From the human T2T-CHM13v2.0 reference genome, Homo sapiens: a stretch of DNA of 64,000 nt. The stretch lies in NCBI RefSeq assembly GCF_009914755.1, contig NC_060928.1; one strand, written 5' to 3'. The notes under the pieces were generated by a model. The model saw only the letters and a program-made list of their open reading frames with translations, did not search any database and was not told where the DNA came from. Shown piece after piece: positions 37,091 through 63,313 of the stretch. How positions within the stretch are numbered: the stretch's first letter is position 1; the number at the start of each line of letters is the position of its first letter. The position numbers and the translations under genes were made by a program.

Positions 37091-39200
37091 ATCTCTCTAG
37101 CTAACTTTACTGGATCTATCAGAAGAAGAAGAGGAGTGAAGGAAAGACACCCAGCCACACAAAAGAACTTCATGATGCCAACAGCGTGATTGCTTAGAAG
37201 TTCCTACACAAAAAAAGGATCATTTGAAAGCACCTGGAATGGTTTATTAGCTTCACAGGATTTTATTCTTCTTGGCTTCTATTTGGAGGGAAAATAACAT
37301 AAATTCAAAAGGATTCCAATCTGAAGCCCAAATCGTTTGCCTACATAACAAAAATATCTCATCTTTTCCTGCACATTATTATTCTTTTATGGGTTAAAAA
37401 GAAAAATACCTTTTAGTGTTTTAGAACTCTCTCATGGTAAAAAGTGCAAGAATTTAAAATGTTGCTTTCATATTCCTATAATTCTCCAAAAGTATTAAAT
37501 TCGTATATGTTTGAGTGATTTTCTAAAAACTGCTCAACCTGAAATCAATTGCATTGACCATTTGGCTTCGCACAATAGGGAGAAAATAATTGGTTCATTG
37601 ATTATATAGAGAGAAAGACTAAGAAAAGCTATTAATTGCTACCAATTTTATGATAAGCTTTAAGGTTTATGAAAGTATGTTTTTTTATTTAATGAGTAAT
37701 GTCCATTTGAAGTTGAAAGAAAACATGAAATCCTAATTGTAGTTCATTTTATGTTCAAATGAAACCATTGTTTTTGTTTTTGTTTTGAAACAGAGTCTCA
37801 CTCTGTTGCCCAAGGTGGAGAGAAGTGGCACGCTTTTGTCTCACTGCAACCTCCACCTCCCGAGTTCAAGTGATTCTCGTGCCTCAACCTCCCAATTATA
37901 GGCTGGGATTACAGGTGTGCACCACTACACCCAGCTAATTCTTGTATTTTTTGTAGAGATGAGGTTTTACCCTGTTGCCCAGGCTGGTCTTGAACTCAGG
38001 CTGGAACCATTCATTTTTTAACCTTTCTCATCATGTAATTATAGGAACCCAACGTTTGATTTCCTTTGAAGTTTTGTTATGTCCTTTATTATTTTGTATG
38101 GATAATTTCTTTAAAAGTCTTACTTAAAGTTGACATCTAAAATACAGTTATGCCAATGAAGTCCCACTCAGGGTGATATCTGTATCTAAAAGATGAGTGC
38201 TCATCATCCTATTAGGCTTTGTCTTGGTGGTGTTCATCCTGAGATGCTGAGACATGGAAATAAAAAATCAGAAGGAATTTAGGGATATGATTACTCAAAA
38301 AAGAAACTATCCTGTCTAAATTTGAATTGTGTTGATAACTAGGTGTTCCCCAGATGCTAAGATGTTCTTAATTTGTATTTATTGAAGGATTGTTAGCTTA
38401 GTGCCACAAAATTTTTCTTACTTTATGTTAATTCCAGATAAGAAATTTACAAGTTTATATCTTTTTTTTTCTTTTTTTTAAGATGAGATCTGGCTCTATC
38501 ACCCAGGCTAAAGTGCAGTGGCATGATCTAGGCTAACTCCCTGGCTCAAGCGATCCTTCCACCTCAGCCTCCCAAGTACCTGGGACTACAGGCACTCACG
38601 GCCACACCTGACTAATTTTTGTATTTTTTTGTAGAGATGGAGTATCGCCATGTTGCCCAGGTTGGTCTCAAACTCAGGCTGGTGAGCTCAAGTGATCCGC
38701 CTCCTTGGCCTCCCAAAATACTGGGATTACAGGCATGTGCCACCATGCTGGGCCACAAGTTCATATCTGGAGTAGAAGTTTTACTTTGTAAATATTATAA
38801 AGTAGAAGAAACCATAAACCATTTTGCTAAAATGAAAGGTTGGGGTTAATATAAATGTAATTTTAAATAGAAAATCTGACAACACTGTCGAGTTTGTCTT
38901 CCTGTCAAAGCTTATTAAAAGTGTCTTTGCGGATGAATGGTACTTTCCACAAGTGCATTTGAGTAGAAGCATAACCTATTCTCAGTTATATTTATGTTTA
39001 AAACATGTACTGGTTTGTATATTTTGTACTGAAAAAGAAAACACTTTATAGTCAAGATACATCTCATTCAATACAAGTCTAAACTCTTTCAAATACAAAT
39101 TCGCATATTCACAGAAAAAGTTACAAATCAGTTTTACTATTGTAAAGTAATGAAATGGTTATACATTTCTTAATTGTTCAATAAAACACTCAATGATTTG
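37091..39200 (+). other. APELA: Probable APELA last exon (3'UTR only)
   Basis: Acceptor tttgtttctcccttgcctctcaaatatAG at 37089-90, with a second AG at 37099-100. AU-rich unique sequence containing two antisense Alus. AATAAA at 38259-64 and 39180-85, the latter followed by GT-rich sequence. Confidence 0.65.
39180..39185 (+). terminator. Candidate polyadenylation signal of APELA
   Basis: AATAAA followed by CA dinucleotides and then tgtctggctgtcctt (GU-rich). Confidence 0.55.
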
Positions 39201-39590
39201 CATGTCTGGCTGTCCTTACTTTGTATAAGAAATGTTCAGTGTTGAGTATAGCATGGTAGAAATGTTCCTGATGCCCGTCTCTGTTTCCAGTGTTTGTTCC
39301 TATTAATTGAGGCATTTAAGACTGAACAGCCTCGATACAGCCCTTACCACTGCAGATCTTTTACATAATTCATGATGATCAGAGCAAGGGCAAAGATTCT
39401 CTCAAAGTCTACCAAAACACAATAACCAGTGGCACATATGCTTGTTGACCTACCAGAACAGGTCCTTGACATACAGCTATCTTTTATTCACCGGGAGGTA
39501 AATGAGACCAGAGGGGTGCCAAATCTGTGTTCTTTAAACTCAACAATTTTTATGGGTTGGTATTCTTTTAATTATCTTTCTTGGAGATAG

Positions 39591-40197
<607 letters not shown>

Positions 40198-40400
40198 TTA
40201 TTTGTAATTTCTAACATTTTCAGAACACAAAGGAAAAGACTTTACAGAGCTTGATCAAGATGGTTAAGGGGATCAGTAGTAATGGTGCCACCCCAATTTG
40301 GATCCCAGGGTTGAGTCAGTGAATAGACCAGATGGAGGGTGGTGGACCAAAGCAAATTGTAAAGGCTGATCCCTTCTTTCATGTTTTGCCCTTCTTACAG

Positions 40401-40670
40401 CTTCCTTTGAGGAATGAAAATCATTGTTTGCTGTACATTTGATCAGAAGAAAAAAGAAAAACTGAAATTAGTGAAGTCAGTGAAGTCTTCGGTCCCGTCC
40501 TGAATCATTTTTACCCTCTGTTTAGGGACAGGTCTAGAACGAGTGAGCACAAAACTGAAGAGTGTGCCGAAAATCTCAGCAATCAAGATAACATTTGAAC
40601 TCCATTTTTGAAAAAAATAAAAACTAACACCCACGAAAAATACATGATGAATAAAACATCAAAATTTTAG
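40401..40670 (+). other. Candidate alternative terminal exon of APELA
   Basis: Strong acceptor tgttttgcccttcttacAG (40399-400). AATAAA at 40616-21 and 40650-55. Unique sequence between Alus. Confidence 0.4.
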
Positions 40671-40942
40671 ATAAACACAGGATATCAGGAGTGAGTGTGG
40701 TGGCTCACTCACCCAAAGTGTAATCCCAGCACTTTGGGAATCTAAGACAGGAGGATTGCTTGAAGCAAAGAGTTACAGACCAGCCTCTGCAACATAGCAA
40801 GTCTTCGTCTCTAAAACAAAATAATTAGCCAGGCATGGTGGCGCATGCCTGTAGTCTAAGCTACCAGGGAGGTTGAAGTGGGAGAATCACTTGAGCCTAG
40901 GAGTTGAAGGCTACAGTCAGTTATGATCACCACTGCATTCTA

Positions 40943-41155
<213 letters not shown>

Positions 41156-41262
41156 TCAGGAGGCTGAGGCAGGAGAATCTCTTGAACCCAGGAGGATGAG
41201 GTTGCAGTGAGCCAAGATTGCACTACTGCACTCTGGCCTGGGCAACAAAGCAAGACTCTGTC

Positions 41263-41302
41263 AAGAAAGAGAAAGAAAGAAAGAAAGAGAGAGGGAGGGA
41301 GG

Positions 41303-41356
<54 letters not shown>

Positions 41357-41456
41357 AAGAAAGAAAGAAAAAGAAAGAAAGAAAGAAAAGAAAGAAAGAA
41401 ACAGAAAGAAAGAAAGAAAGAAAAAGAAGGAAAGGAAGAGGGAAAGAAAAGAAAAA
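41263..41456 (+). repeat. (GA)n/(GAAA)n tract from an Alu tail
   Basis: Purine repeat. Confidence 0.92.
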
Positions 41457-42011
41457 TAGTTAAACCATGTTAGAGTCTTTGGCAAAAGGAAAAATCACTA
41501 ATTTGAATCCCATCAGTAACAAGAGCCTTGTCTAGGCATATTGGGCCCGAGTTTCAGCCCTCTGTTTCCTCCCTTCATTCTCACTTCCCAAAATGACCTC
41601 ACTCCCCAAACTCCATGTCTGTAAATGATTTTCCACTCTTGGCTTCCACTTGCCAAAGTGTTCATGGAAAGAAGACCAGATTCTAGCCCTGGCTTCTTTT
41701 ATATCTAAACTCTCATTTCACTATAAATCATATTATTGGATTCCAAGGAGTAAGACAGGTCAAGTGAGGTTGATGATTTGAGGCTCTGGCCCCTGTCAAC
41801 TGCTCTGCAGAAAAGTATTATTAATCCCATCTGGAAGTCGGCCATCTGATTGTACACTAGGAATTCACAAGGACTATCCACACCATCTCCTGATTCTGAA
41901 CACTTTTAGAATTACTACAACACTCCCTATTTTTGTAAGTGTTCTCTTAATACCTCATATCAGCTTGGTTTTGTGGCACTTACCATGTAAGTAACTTTAT
42001 ACTAGTCTTCA

Positions 42012-47000
<4,989 letters not shown>

Positions 47001-47192
47001 AATAAGTGAAATTTAAAAAAAAAAAAGAGGTAACCTAAAATCACACGTTAGTATACTGGTAGAATTGGAATACTAACCCAAGTGGCTGCCAGGTTGTGGG
47101 CTTAAGCTCTAAGATATAAGAGGGAGTTTTAAATTATTTATTAAAGCCACATATTTTGTAATGAAACAAAAATAGTCTTGTGACCTGCAACT

Positions 47193-48162
47193 TGAAGGGG
47201 TGGGTTGCCCCTCCACACCTGTGGGTGTTTCTCGTAAGGTGGAACGAGAGACTTGGAAAAGAAAAGGACACAGAGACAAAGTATAGAGAAAGAAATAAGG
47301 GGACCCGGGGAACCAGCGTTCAGCATGTGGAGGATCCCGCCAGCCTCTGAGTTCCCTTAGTATTTACTGATCATTCGTGGGTGTTTCTCTGAGAGGGGGA
47401 TGTGTCAGGGTCACAAGACAATAGTAGGGAGAGGGTCAGCAGACAAACACGTGAACAAAGGTCTTTGCATCATAGACAAGGTAAAGAATGAAGTGCTGTG
47501 CTTTTAGATATGCATACACATAAACATCTCAATGCTTTACAAAGCAGTATTGCTGCCCGCATGTCCCACCTCCAGCCCTAAGGTGGTTTTTCCCTATCTC
47601 AGTAGATGGAACGTACAATCGGGTTTTATACCGAGACATTCCATTGCCCAGGGATGGGCAGGAGACAGATGCCTTCCCTTGTCTCAACTGCAAAGAGGCA
47701 TTCCTTCCTCTTTTACTAATCCTCCTCAGCACAGACCCTTTACGGGTGTCGGGCTGGGGGACGGTCAGGTCTTTCCCTTCCCACGAGGCCATATTTCAGA
47801 CTATCACATGGGGAGAAACCTTGGACAACACCTGGCTTTCCTAGGCAGAGGTCCCTGCGGCCTTCCGCAGTGTTTTGTGTCCCTGGGTACTTGAGATTAG
47901 GGAGTGGTGATGACTCTTAAGGAGCATGCTGCCTTCAAGCATCTGTTTAACAAAGCACATCTTGCACAACCCTTAATCCATTTAACCCTGAGTTTGACAC
48001 AGCACATGTTTCAGAGAGCACAGGGTTGGGGGTAAGGTCATAGATTAACAGAATCTCAAGGCAGAAGAATTTGTCTTAATACAGAACAAAATGGAGTCTC
48101 CTATGTCTACTTCTTTCTACACAGACACAGTAACAATCTGATCTCTCTTGCTTTTCCCCGCA
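47193..48162 (-). mobile_element. Solo LTR of HERV-K(HML-2), LTR5 (LTR5_Hs-like)
   Basis: The minus strand starts TGCGGGGAAAAGCAAGAGAGATCAGATTGTTACTGTGTCTG and ends GGGCAACCCACCCCTTCA. Length 970 bp. 5-bp TSD CAACT at 47188-92 and 48163-67. TATAAAA at 47624-30 (-). Confidence 0.93.
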
Positions 48163-48409
48163 CAACTAAAAAAATGGAGGCTATTTTCTGGGACACAGAC
48201 TTATAACTTCTCTACGAGGCACATCAGTGTAGTGATCACTATAGTTTAGCCAGATACCTGTGTATCTCTCTGTCTATGACTCACACTTAATTCAACAAAG
48301 TTTGGATTCAATCCCTTTCAACTTTCCTTCTCTCCCTTTTAAGGAAACGTAAACATTATTGTTTGTTTTAACAATTTTTTTCTTTTTTAAAAATTTTTTG
48401 TTTATTTAA

Positions 48410-48410
48410 A

Positions 48411-48461
<51 letters not shown>
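48410..48461. repeat. (TA)n microsatellite
   Basis: About 20 or more TA units. Confidence 0.93.
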
Positions 48462-54325
<5,864 letters not shown>

Positions 54326-54954
54326 GACAAAAGTGGAAGCAGGGAACATTATTCTAGATTGAAAAAAATTTAAAAGAACTAATAAGCAAATGCCAATACG
54401 TGGCTCTCGTTTGGATCCAGATTCCAATACATCTAACAGAAAGCTCCTTTGGCGAAGAAGAATGGGCACATATTAGCTACCATTTACATGATATTCTTAT
54501 AATAAAAAGAGGTTGTTATACTTCCCATTTTACAGGTCAAAGAAATGAGATTTAAAAAAAAACACATCAATTTTTTTTCACAAAGTAATTTTATTACAAT
54601 TGTAATAAAACACATAAAAGTGAAGTTTACAGTGAGTATGACTGACAGGTGAGTTACTTGGTTTAAATGATCAGGGAATACTTCCTCAGAAGATGACATT
54701 TCAAATAAGACCTGAAGGATAAGAAGAATTGCTTTCCTAAATGCTTTACAAAAAGTACTATAAATGCTTTATAAAATGTATTGCCCAAATGCTTTGTAAA
54801 AAGCTTAGACTCTTCTACGCCCTTATCACTTTTCCTACCTCCTATTCCTCAACTTGAAATGATTCATTTAGAGGTAAAATAGAAAAATCATGTTCATAGG
54901 TCTGAGTATATAGTTTCCTTCTTTTTTTTTTTTAATTCATAGCAGGCTATGAGG

Positions 54955-55204
54955 CGCAAAAAACCAAACACCGCATGTTCTCACCCATAGGTGGGAATTG
55001 AACAATGAGAACACTTGGACACAGGAAGGGGAACATCACACACCGGGGCCTGTTGTGGGGTGGGGGAGGGGGAGGGATAGCATTAGGAGATATACCTAAT
55101 GCTAAATGACTAGTTAATGGATGCAGCCACCAACATGGTACATGGCACATGTATACATATGTAACAAACCTGCATGTTGTGCACACGTACCCTAGAACTT
55201 AAAG

Positions 55205-55238
<34 letters not shown>
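54955..55238 (+). mobile_element. L1PA 3' end with (TAA)n tail
   Basis: caaacaccgcatgttctcac...ccctagaacttaaagtataataat. Confidence 0.85.
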
Positions 55239-55779
55239 GACAGCCATAATATGGCAGTAGTAATGACTGCGTGCCTCAAAACACATCAGTTTTCTAAAGA
55301 TACACAGCACATAGCTGAGCCAGGATTCAAACCTGGTGTCCTCTCAGTAATGTTAGTGCTTACATTGTGAAATACTGCCTCCTGTAGCATGTTGCTGTGA
55401 TAGCTTTTGCTTGTGCAGTCCTAGGACACTGAGTTAAAACTTTAAGTTTGGGAACAATGGATAAATGGTGACTTTCTAGGGCTACTGCATATTTTCCTAT
55501 TCTGCTAGTCTAAAGAGAATTTCTGTATAGTAAAAGAACTTGCTAGGTCACCAAGACAGAGCCAATTTCACATATCAAAGCCATGCGCATAGTATTACTC
55601 TCACTGTTGTTGGGTTATGAGGAAAGCGAGAGGAAGAAGAAGAGTTGAGAAAGTGTCTAGGGAAAGAAGGCGAAGGGGAAAAAATACTATATTGATGGTT
55701 AGGTGGCTTGCAAGCTTTGATGGAGGAATTTGACTTGCTTAAAATCAGGTACCTGTGGGTGTCTTGAAAGCAAGCCAGG

Positions 55780-56870
55780 AAGTTTTTCTGCCTCACTTTT
55801 GTTTTGAAAGTGTCAAACTTAAAAAAAAAGACTGAAAGGGTATGCATGATTATACCTTTTCTCTGGACTCACTCCAGTTGTTACCTTTCTGCTACGTTCA
55901 CATTTTCTCTGTTTACATTTTTTTAAATTGTTGAACCTTCTGAAAGCTTCAGGCTTCCAAATGGCTTCCCCCGTGCATCAATATATATCTCCTAAGAACA
56001 AGCACATTTTACTTACTATGATAATTTTATTGTGCCCAATTTAACACTGGTACAACAGTATGTGATATACAGTCCATACTAAGATTCTCACATTTATTTG
56101 TTGCCAACGTGTTTTTTTGTTTGTTTGTTTTTGTTTTTTTTTAAGACGGAGTTTTGCTCTGTCGAACAATCTTGGCTCACTGCAACCTCCCCCACCCGGG
56201 TTCCAGCGATTCTCCTGCCTCAGCTTCCCAAGCAGCTGGGATTACAGGCGCATGCCACCATGCCCAGATAATTTTTTATGTTTTTAGTAGAGATGGGGTT
56301 TTGCCACGTTGGCTAGGCTGGTCTCGAACTCCTGGACTCAAGGGAGCCACATGCCTTGGCCCCGCAAAGTGCTAGGATTACAGGTGTGAGCCACCACACC
56401 TAGCCTGTTCCCAGCATTTTTTAGTTTTTTTGTTTCTTTGTTTTTTAATTTCAAGATCTCAGATTCAATCAGGGATCACACATTGTATTTATCATGTTTC
56501 TTTCCTCTCCTTAAATCAAAACCTTTTTTTTATGCTTGTTTTTCCTGACATTGACATTTTTGAAGAATGCATACCAGTTGTCTTGTAAGAATGCTCCACA
56601 ATCTGAATTAGAGTAATTTTCTCTAATGGTTAGCTTGAATGGCAATATTTTTGGAAAGAATATTATATAGGCAATGTTGTATACTTGCCATAGCATCCTA
56701 TCAGGAAGCACATAAGTTTGTCCCATATTTTTTAGTTTTTTTTTTTTAAATAAGTAATGTATGGGGTGAATCGCTGCAATATGAATATCTTGTTTTTCCA
56801 AGAACTTCCACCCCGTGATTTTAGCATTCATTGATGATTCTTGTGTGAACGTTTAATACATTTGTGATTA
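55780..56870 (-). mobile_element. Old L1MC-like 3' fragments (Alu inserted at ~56113-56405)
   Basis: Motifs such as ttgacatttttgaagaat and ccagttgtcttgtaagaatg. Confidence 0.5.
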
Positions 56871-57242
56871 TGGAATTTTAACGTGGTGTCTTTTCTTACT
56901 CATAGGAAGGATTCCCTATCTTGGACCTGAGGCTGCTTTCTTGAAGAAAACTTGACTTTATTTCATTTAGTGGGAAGAGCAGCAGCCCAGCTATTAAGTT
57001 CTAATATGCAATAGGCTGCAGGCTGTGAAGTGTTCGTGGCAGTAGACTCTGAAGCTAAGGAGCTGAGGGCTTAACAAGTTTCTAGAAGCTGCCATCAACA
57101 TGCCAAGTCAGTAAAACTGATAGTTGATCAGATTTCAAGGTCTGGGGAGTATATCCACTGTGTACTGGGTCTTGAGCTCTAGAGAGCTAGGCCTTGCTAA
57201 AATAAAAGAATTACCTTACCTACCATCTTTGTTCAAGTCTCA

Positions 57243-58660
57243 GTGGAATTTGTTACGGCCCTGGCTGACCTCCGAGCAGAGGCTAGCTGTCCCATCTGTC
57301 TGGACTACTTGAAAGACCCAGTGACCATCAGCTGTGGGCATAACTTCTGTCTCTCCTGCATCATTATGTCCTGGAAGGATCTACATGATAGTTTCCCCTG
57401 CCCTTTTTGCCACTTTTGCTGTCCAGAAAGGAAATTTATAAGCAATCCCCAGCTGGGTAGTTTGACTGAAATTGCTAAGCAACTCCAGATAAGAAGCAAG
57501 AAGAGGAAGAGGCAGGAAGAGAAGCATGTGTGTAAGAAGCATAATCAGGTTTTGACTTTCTTCTGTCAGAAAGACCTAGAGCTTTTATGTCCAAGGTGCA
57601 GTTTGTCCACTGATCACCAGCATCACTGTGTTTGGCCCATAAAGAAGGCTGCCTCCTATCATAGGAAAAAACTGGAGGAATACAATGCACCGTGGAAGGA
57701 GAGAGTGGAACTAATTGAAAAAGTCATAACTATGCAAACCAGGAAATCACTGGAACTGAAGAAAAAGGTAAAACATAGGGCAGAAGAAGTCAAGTCTGAA
57801 TTTGAGCAACTTAGGTTATTTCTCCAAAATGAGCAAGAGACTGTTCTTAGGTAATTACAAGATGAAGAGATGGATATTTTAGCACAACTAAATGAAAGCC
57901 TAACAAAATTTTCAGATTATACCTCCTCATTAAAATATCTACTAAAGGAGGTAGAGAGCATGTATGTAAAGTCAGAACTGGAATCACTGGCAAATGTTAA
58001 GGATATCTGTCACAGATATAAAAATTTAAAATTCCCTGAACCTTTTTCATTCAAATTAAAAGAATATGGTTACCATCTGCCTCCACAATATTCTGGCCTA
58101 GACAAAATTATCAAGCAATTTCAAGTATAGATGTAATACTAGATCCTGAAACAGCACATCCTGAACTTATAGTCTCAGAAGATAGAAAAACTGTGCAATA
58201 TGAAAATACAACACAAAATGTACCTCATAACCCAAGAAGATTTTATCTCTTCCCAGCTGTTCTGGATTCTAAGGGATATAGTTGTGGCAGGCAGTACTGG
58301 GAAGTAGAAGTGAAAGACAAGCCTGAATGGATTCTTGGTGTCTGTAATGACTGTCTTCCCAGAAGGAGGAAGAGTCAACCAATATTAGTACAGGATGGAT
58401 TATGGGGAATTTGGAGATCTAGTCAGAATAATTATATTGTATTGGGCCACAAGGAAATTATTCTGCTGCCACAAGTAATTCCTAGTAAGATTGGCATTTT
58501 TTTAGACTATGAAATGAATGAAGTTTCCTTTTATAATTTGAATGATAGATCTCTTCTCTATACTTTTAATGATAACTTTACAGGAGCACTTTGGCCTTAT
58601 TTTTATACTGGAACTGACTCAAAACCTCTTAAAATTTCTACAGTAACAGATTCTGAATGA
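57243..58660 (+). pseudogene. TRIM60/TRIM61-family pseudogene (RING, B-box2, coiled coil, PRY/SPRY); possibly TRIM60P14
   Basis: RING (CPIC..CGHNFC..C..CPFC), B-box (CKKH..FC..D..LLC..C..H..H) and B30.2 (LDPETAH, YWEVEV, IGIFLDYE..VSFYN, LWPYF). Lesions: GTG in place of ATG at 57243, in-frame TAA at 57852-54, and a 2-nt TA insertion near 58128 causing a frameshift. Confidence 0.9.
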
Positions 58661-58975
58661 AGAACTGTTAAAAAACTGTCATTTTCTTTCAACTATTAGA
58701 CATAACTGAGCCAGTGAATATAGTTTTGATAATTCTGTAATTTGTCTAGTTTTCCCCACAAAAAAAAAGAATAGTTTATATCTCAGTTTCAGCAACTTCT
58801 AAAAAATGTGATTATAGGACCTACTTTATAATAAATTATGGGGTCAGCCAGGCATGGTGGTTCACGCCTGTAATCCCAGCACTTTGGGAGGCCGAGGCGG
58901 GTGGATCACCTGAGGTTGGGAGTTCGAGACCAGCCTGATCAATATGGAAAAAACCCGCCTCTACTAAAAATACTA

Positions 58976-59161
<186 letters not shown>

Positions 59162-60101
59162 TCAATGACAAACTACCTTAGAAATTCTAAGACAAAATAC
59201 CTGAAAAATACATTACTGAAGGAATGTATTATGTAAGAAAAGTGTATTACTCCTGTAATTGCCAATAGAAGCCCAATAATGTTTTTTCTGTGTTGCCTAT
59301 ATATTTTTCCTTTAAGAAAGATTAAGTCTTTTTTTTAAGATGGAGTCTCGCTCTGTCACCCAGCTGGAGTGCAGTGGTGCAATCTCAGCTCAATAGAACC
59401 TCTGCCCCTTGGGTTCAAGTGATTCTCCTGCCTCAGCCTCCCGAGTAGCTGGGATTATAGGCATGCACCACCATGCCTGACTAATTTTGTATTTTTAGTA
59501 GAGACGTGGTTTCTCCATGTTGGTCAGGCTGGTCTCGAACTCCCAACCTCAGGTGATCCGCCTGCCTTGGCCTCCCAAAGTGCTGGGATTACAGGCGTGA
59601 GCCACTGCACTCGGCCAAGATTAAGTCTTTATTAAAGGCATTCATCATTACTCTTGGACTACCTGGTAGGTAAAGATAGCCACTATCAATTTTTTTTTTT
59701 CTGTTTTGCCCAGGCTGGTCTTGAACTTGTGGCCTCCAGCAGTTCTCCTGCTTCAGCCTCCCAAAGCACTGGGATTACAGGCATTAACCACCATGCCCAG
59801 TGCCACTTTTCCCTTTCATCTGTTTACCTCAGTATTCCTAAGTAACTTTATTTTTTATTCTGTGCATCTTTGTCAGTACTGCCTTAGTCCTATAGAAAAT
59901 GAGATGTCGGTTGGGTGCGTTGGTTCACGCCTGTAATCCTAGCACTTTGGGAGGCCGAGGTGGGCAGATAACCTGAGGTCAGGAGTTCGAGACCAGACTG
60001 GCCAAAATGGTGAAACCTGTCTCTACTAAAAATACGAAAAAATTGTTGAGAGGCCGAGGCAGGCGGATCACGAGGTCAGGAGATCAAGACCATCCTGGCT
60101 A

Positions 60102-60335
<234 letters not shown>

Positions 60336-60338
60336 TCA

Positions 60339-60569
<231 letters not shown>

Positions 60570-60719
60570 CTACTGTCCTTCACTTCACTTTGGGAACTGA
60601 TCTCTAGGCTCAGAATCCTTATTAACTTAGTTCCATGTTTTCCTCTTTAGGTTTATTCTGTTAATTCAGAGATTAATATCGTTCAGTAGATCACAGATAT
60701 GTAACATTTGGAAAAACTT

Positions 60720-61155
60720 GTGTCAACAAAAAAGACTGGTGAGCTTTTGATGGGATTATGTTGTATCTTTTTAGATTAATGTGGAGAAAACTGACATCTT
60801 AACATGTCAGCCAGTAGACATAACTGAGACAGTGAATCTAGTCTGTTCCATCAATTTTTATGTCATTAACTTGTCGGAAATTTGTAGTTTTCAATGTACA
60901 TGTGTTTAACATCTTTTGTCAGATTTGTCCTTAAGCATTTGATATTTTTATGTTGATTATTTCAATTCTAATTCTTCATTACTAGAATATGGAAAATTGA
61001 TTTTCATGTATTAATCTTATTTCCTATAAGCTTGCTAAACTTACTTCTAGGAGCTTTTATGTAGATTCCATTGGATTTTCTGCAGAGATAGTCATGTCAT
61101 GGGCAAGTAGAGACATCGGTATTTCTTCCTGTGTAAGCTAGATCATTTTTCTATC
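60720..61155 (-). mobile_element. Old L1M ORF2 fragment
   Basis: ttttgatgggatt...gacatcttaaca...gtagttttcaatgtaca...cttgctaaacttactt. Confidence 0.6.
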
Positions 61156-61830
61156 TTCTTTTTTTTTTGAGATGGAGTCTCACTCTGTTGCCCAGGCTGG
61201 AGTACAATGGCGCAATCTTGGCTCACTGCAAACTCTGCCTCCTGGGTTGAAGCGATTCTCGTGCTTCAGCCTCCCGTGTAGCCAGGATTATAGTCTCCCA
61301 CCACCACACCTGGCTAATTTTTGTGTTTTTAGTAGAGACGGAGTTTCACCATGTTGGCCAATCTGGTCTCGAACTCCCGACCTCGGGTGTTCTGCCCACC
61401 TCGGCCTCCCAAAGTGCTGGGATTACAGATGTGAGTCACTGCACCCAGCCCAAAAGCACAATTTTTAAAAATCTAGGTTTAAAGTTTCAATTATTTGTTT
61501 ATAAAATTAATTTACAAATATTCCTTTATGACTACCCCTGCCAGCTTTTCAGAGGCAGCCACTTTGAACTTTTCAGCTCTTTTATAGTCACGAAATCACA
61601 TTCTAATAATACTTTTGGATTTTTTAGTTTGAAGTATTATCATATCCCACTTTGGAAGATAAGAATTTGGAACAGCCTTCACCCAGTGGCCCTTCTAATA
61701 GAATTTATCATTTTTGTTTTAGGATATTTTCTCACATTTATTTTGATTATTTCAATACCATTGAAATAGAATAGAATTTACCATTTTTGTTTTAGAATAT
61801 TTTCTCACATTTATTTGACTATTTCAGTAA

Positions 61831-62076
<246 letters not shown>

Positions 62077-62252
62077 TAGCCAGGATGGTCTCGATCTCCT
62101 GACCTCATGATCCGCCTGCCTTGGCCTCCCAAAGTGCTGGGATTACAGGCGTGAGCCACCGTGCCCGGCTGCCATTTTGTTTTTTCTATAAACGTTTCCT
62201 GTAGTAAATAATCTCATTTTCAATATGCTTTGTTTTCCATGTTCTTATTCTT

Positions 62253-62783
<531 letters not shown>

Positions 62784-63118
62784 TCCATGTTCTTACTCTT
62801 AATTCATTTCCAAACTGTCCCCTGCACTTGTCTGATTGCCTGAATTCATTTTAAGGCATCTGGCTTTATGCCATTTTCATCTTGCAGAATACTCTCAAGG
62901 AGCCCTCTAATCTGCAACACAGGCACATTTGTTCACTAAGCCAGCTGCTCAGGTATCTTGGAGATATTCTTAGCATCTCTTGAATTGTTTTACCTGTTTT
63001 TATGTTTTTCCATTTGGAAGTTGGTTTCTTGTTTAATTGGAGCACATCCTTCAGGAGCTTTCTAGTAAGGTTCATGGGAAATAAAGTTTTTGATACCTTT
63101 TGATACCTTTGTATCTGA

Positions 63119-63313
<195 letters not shown>

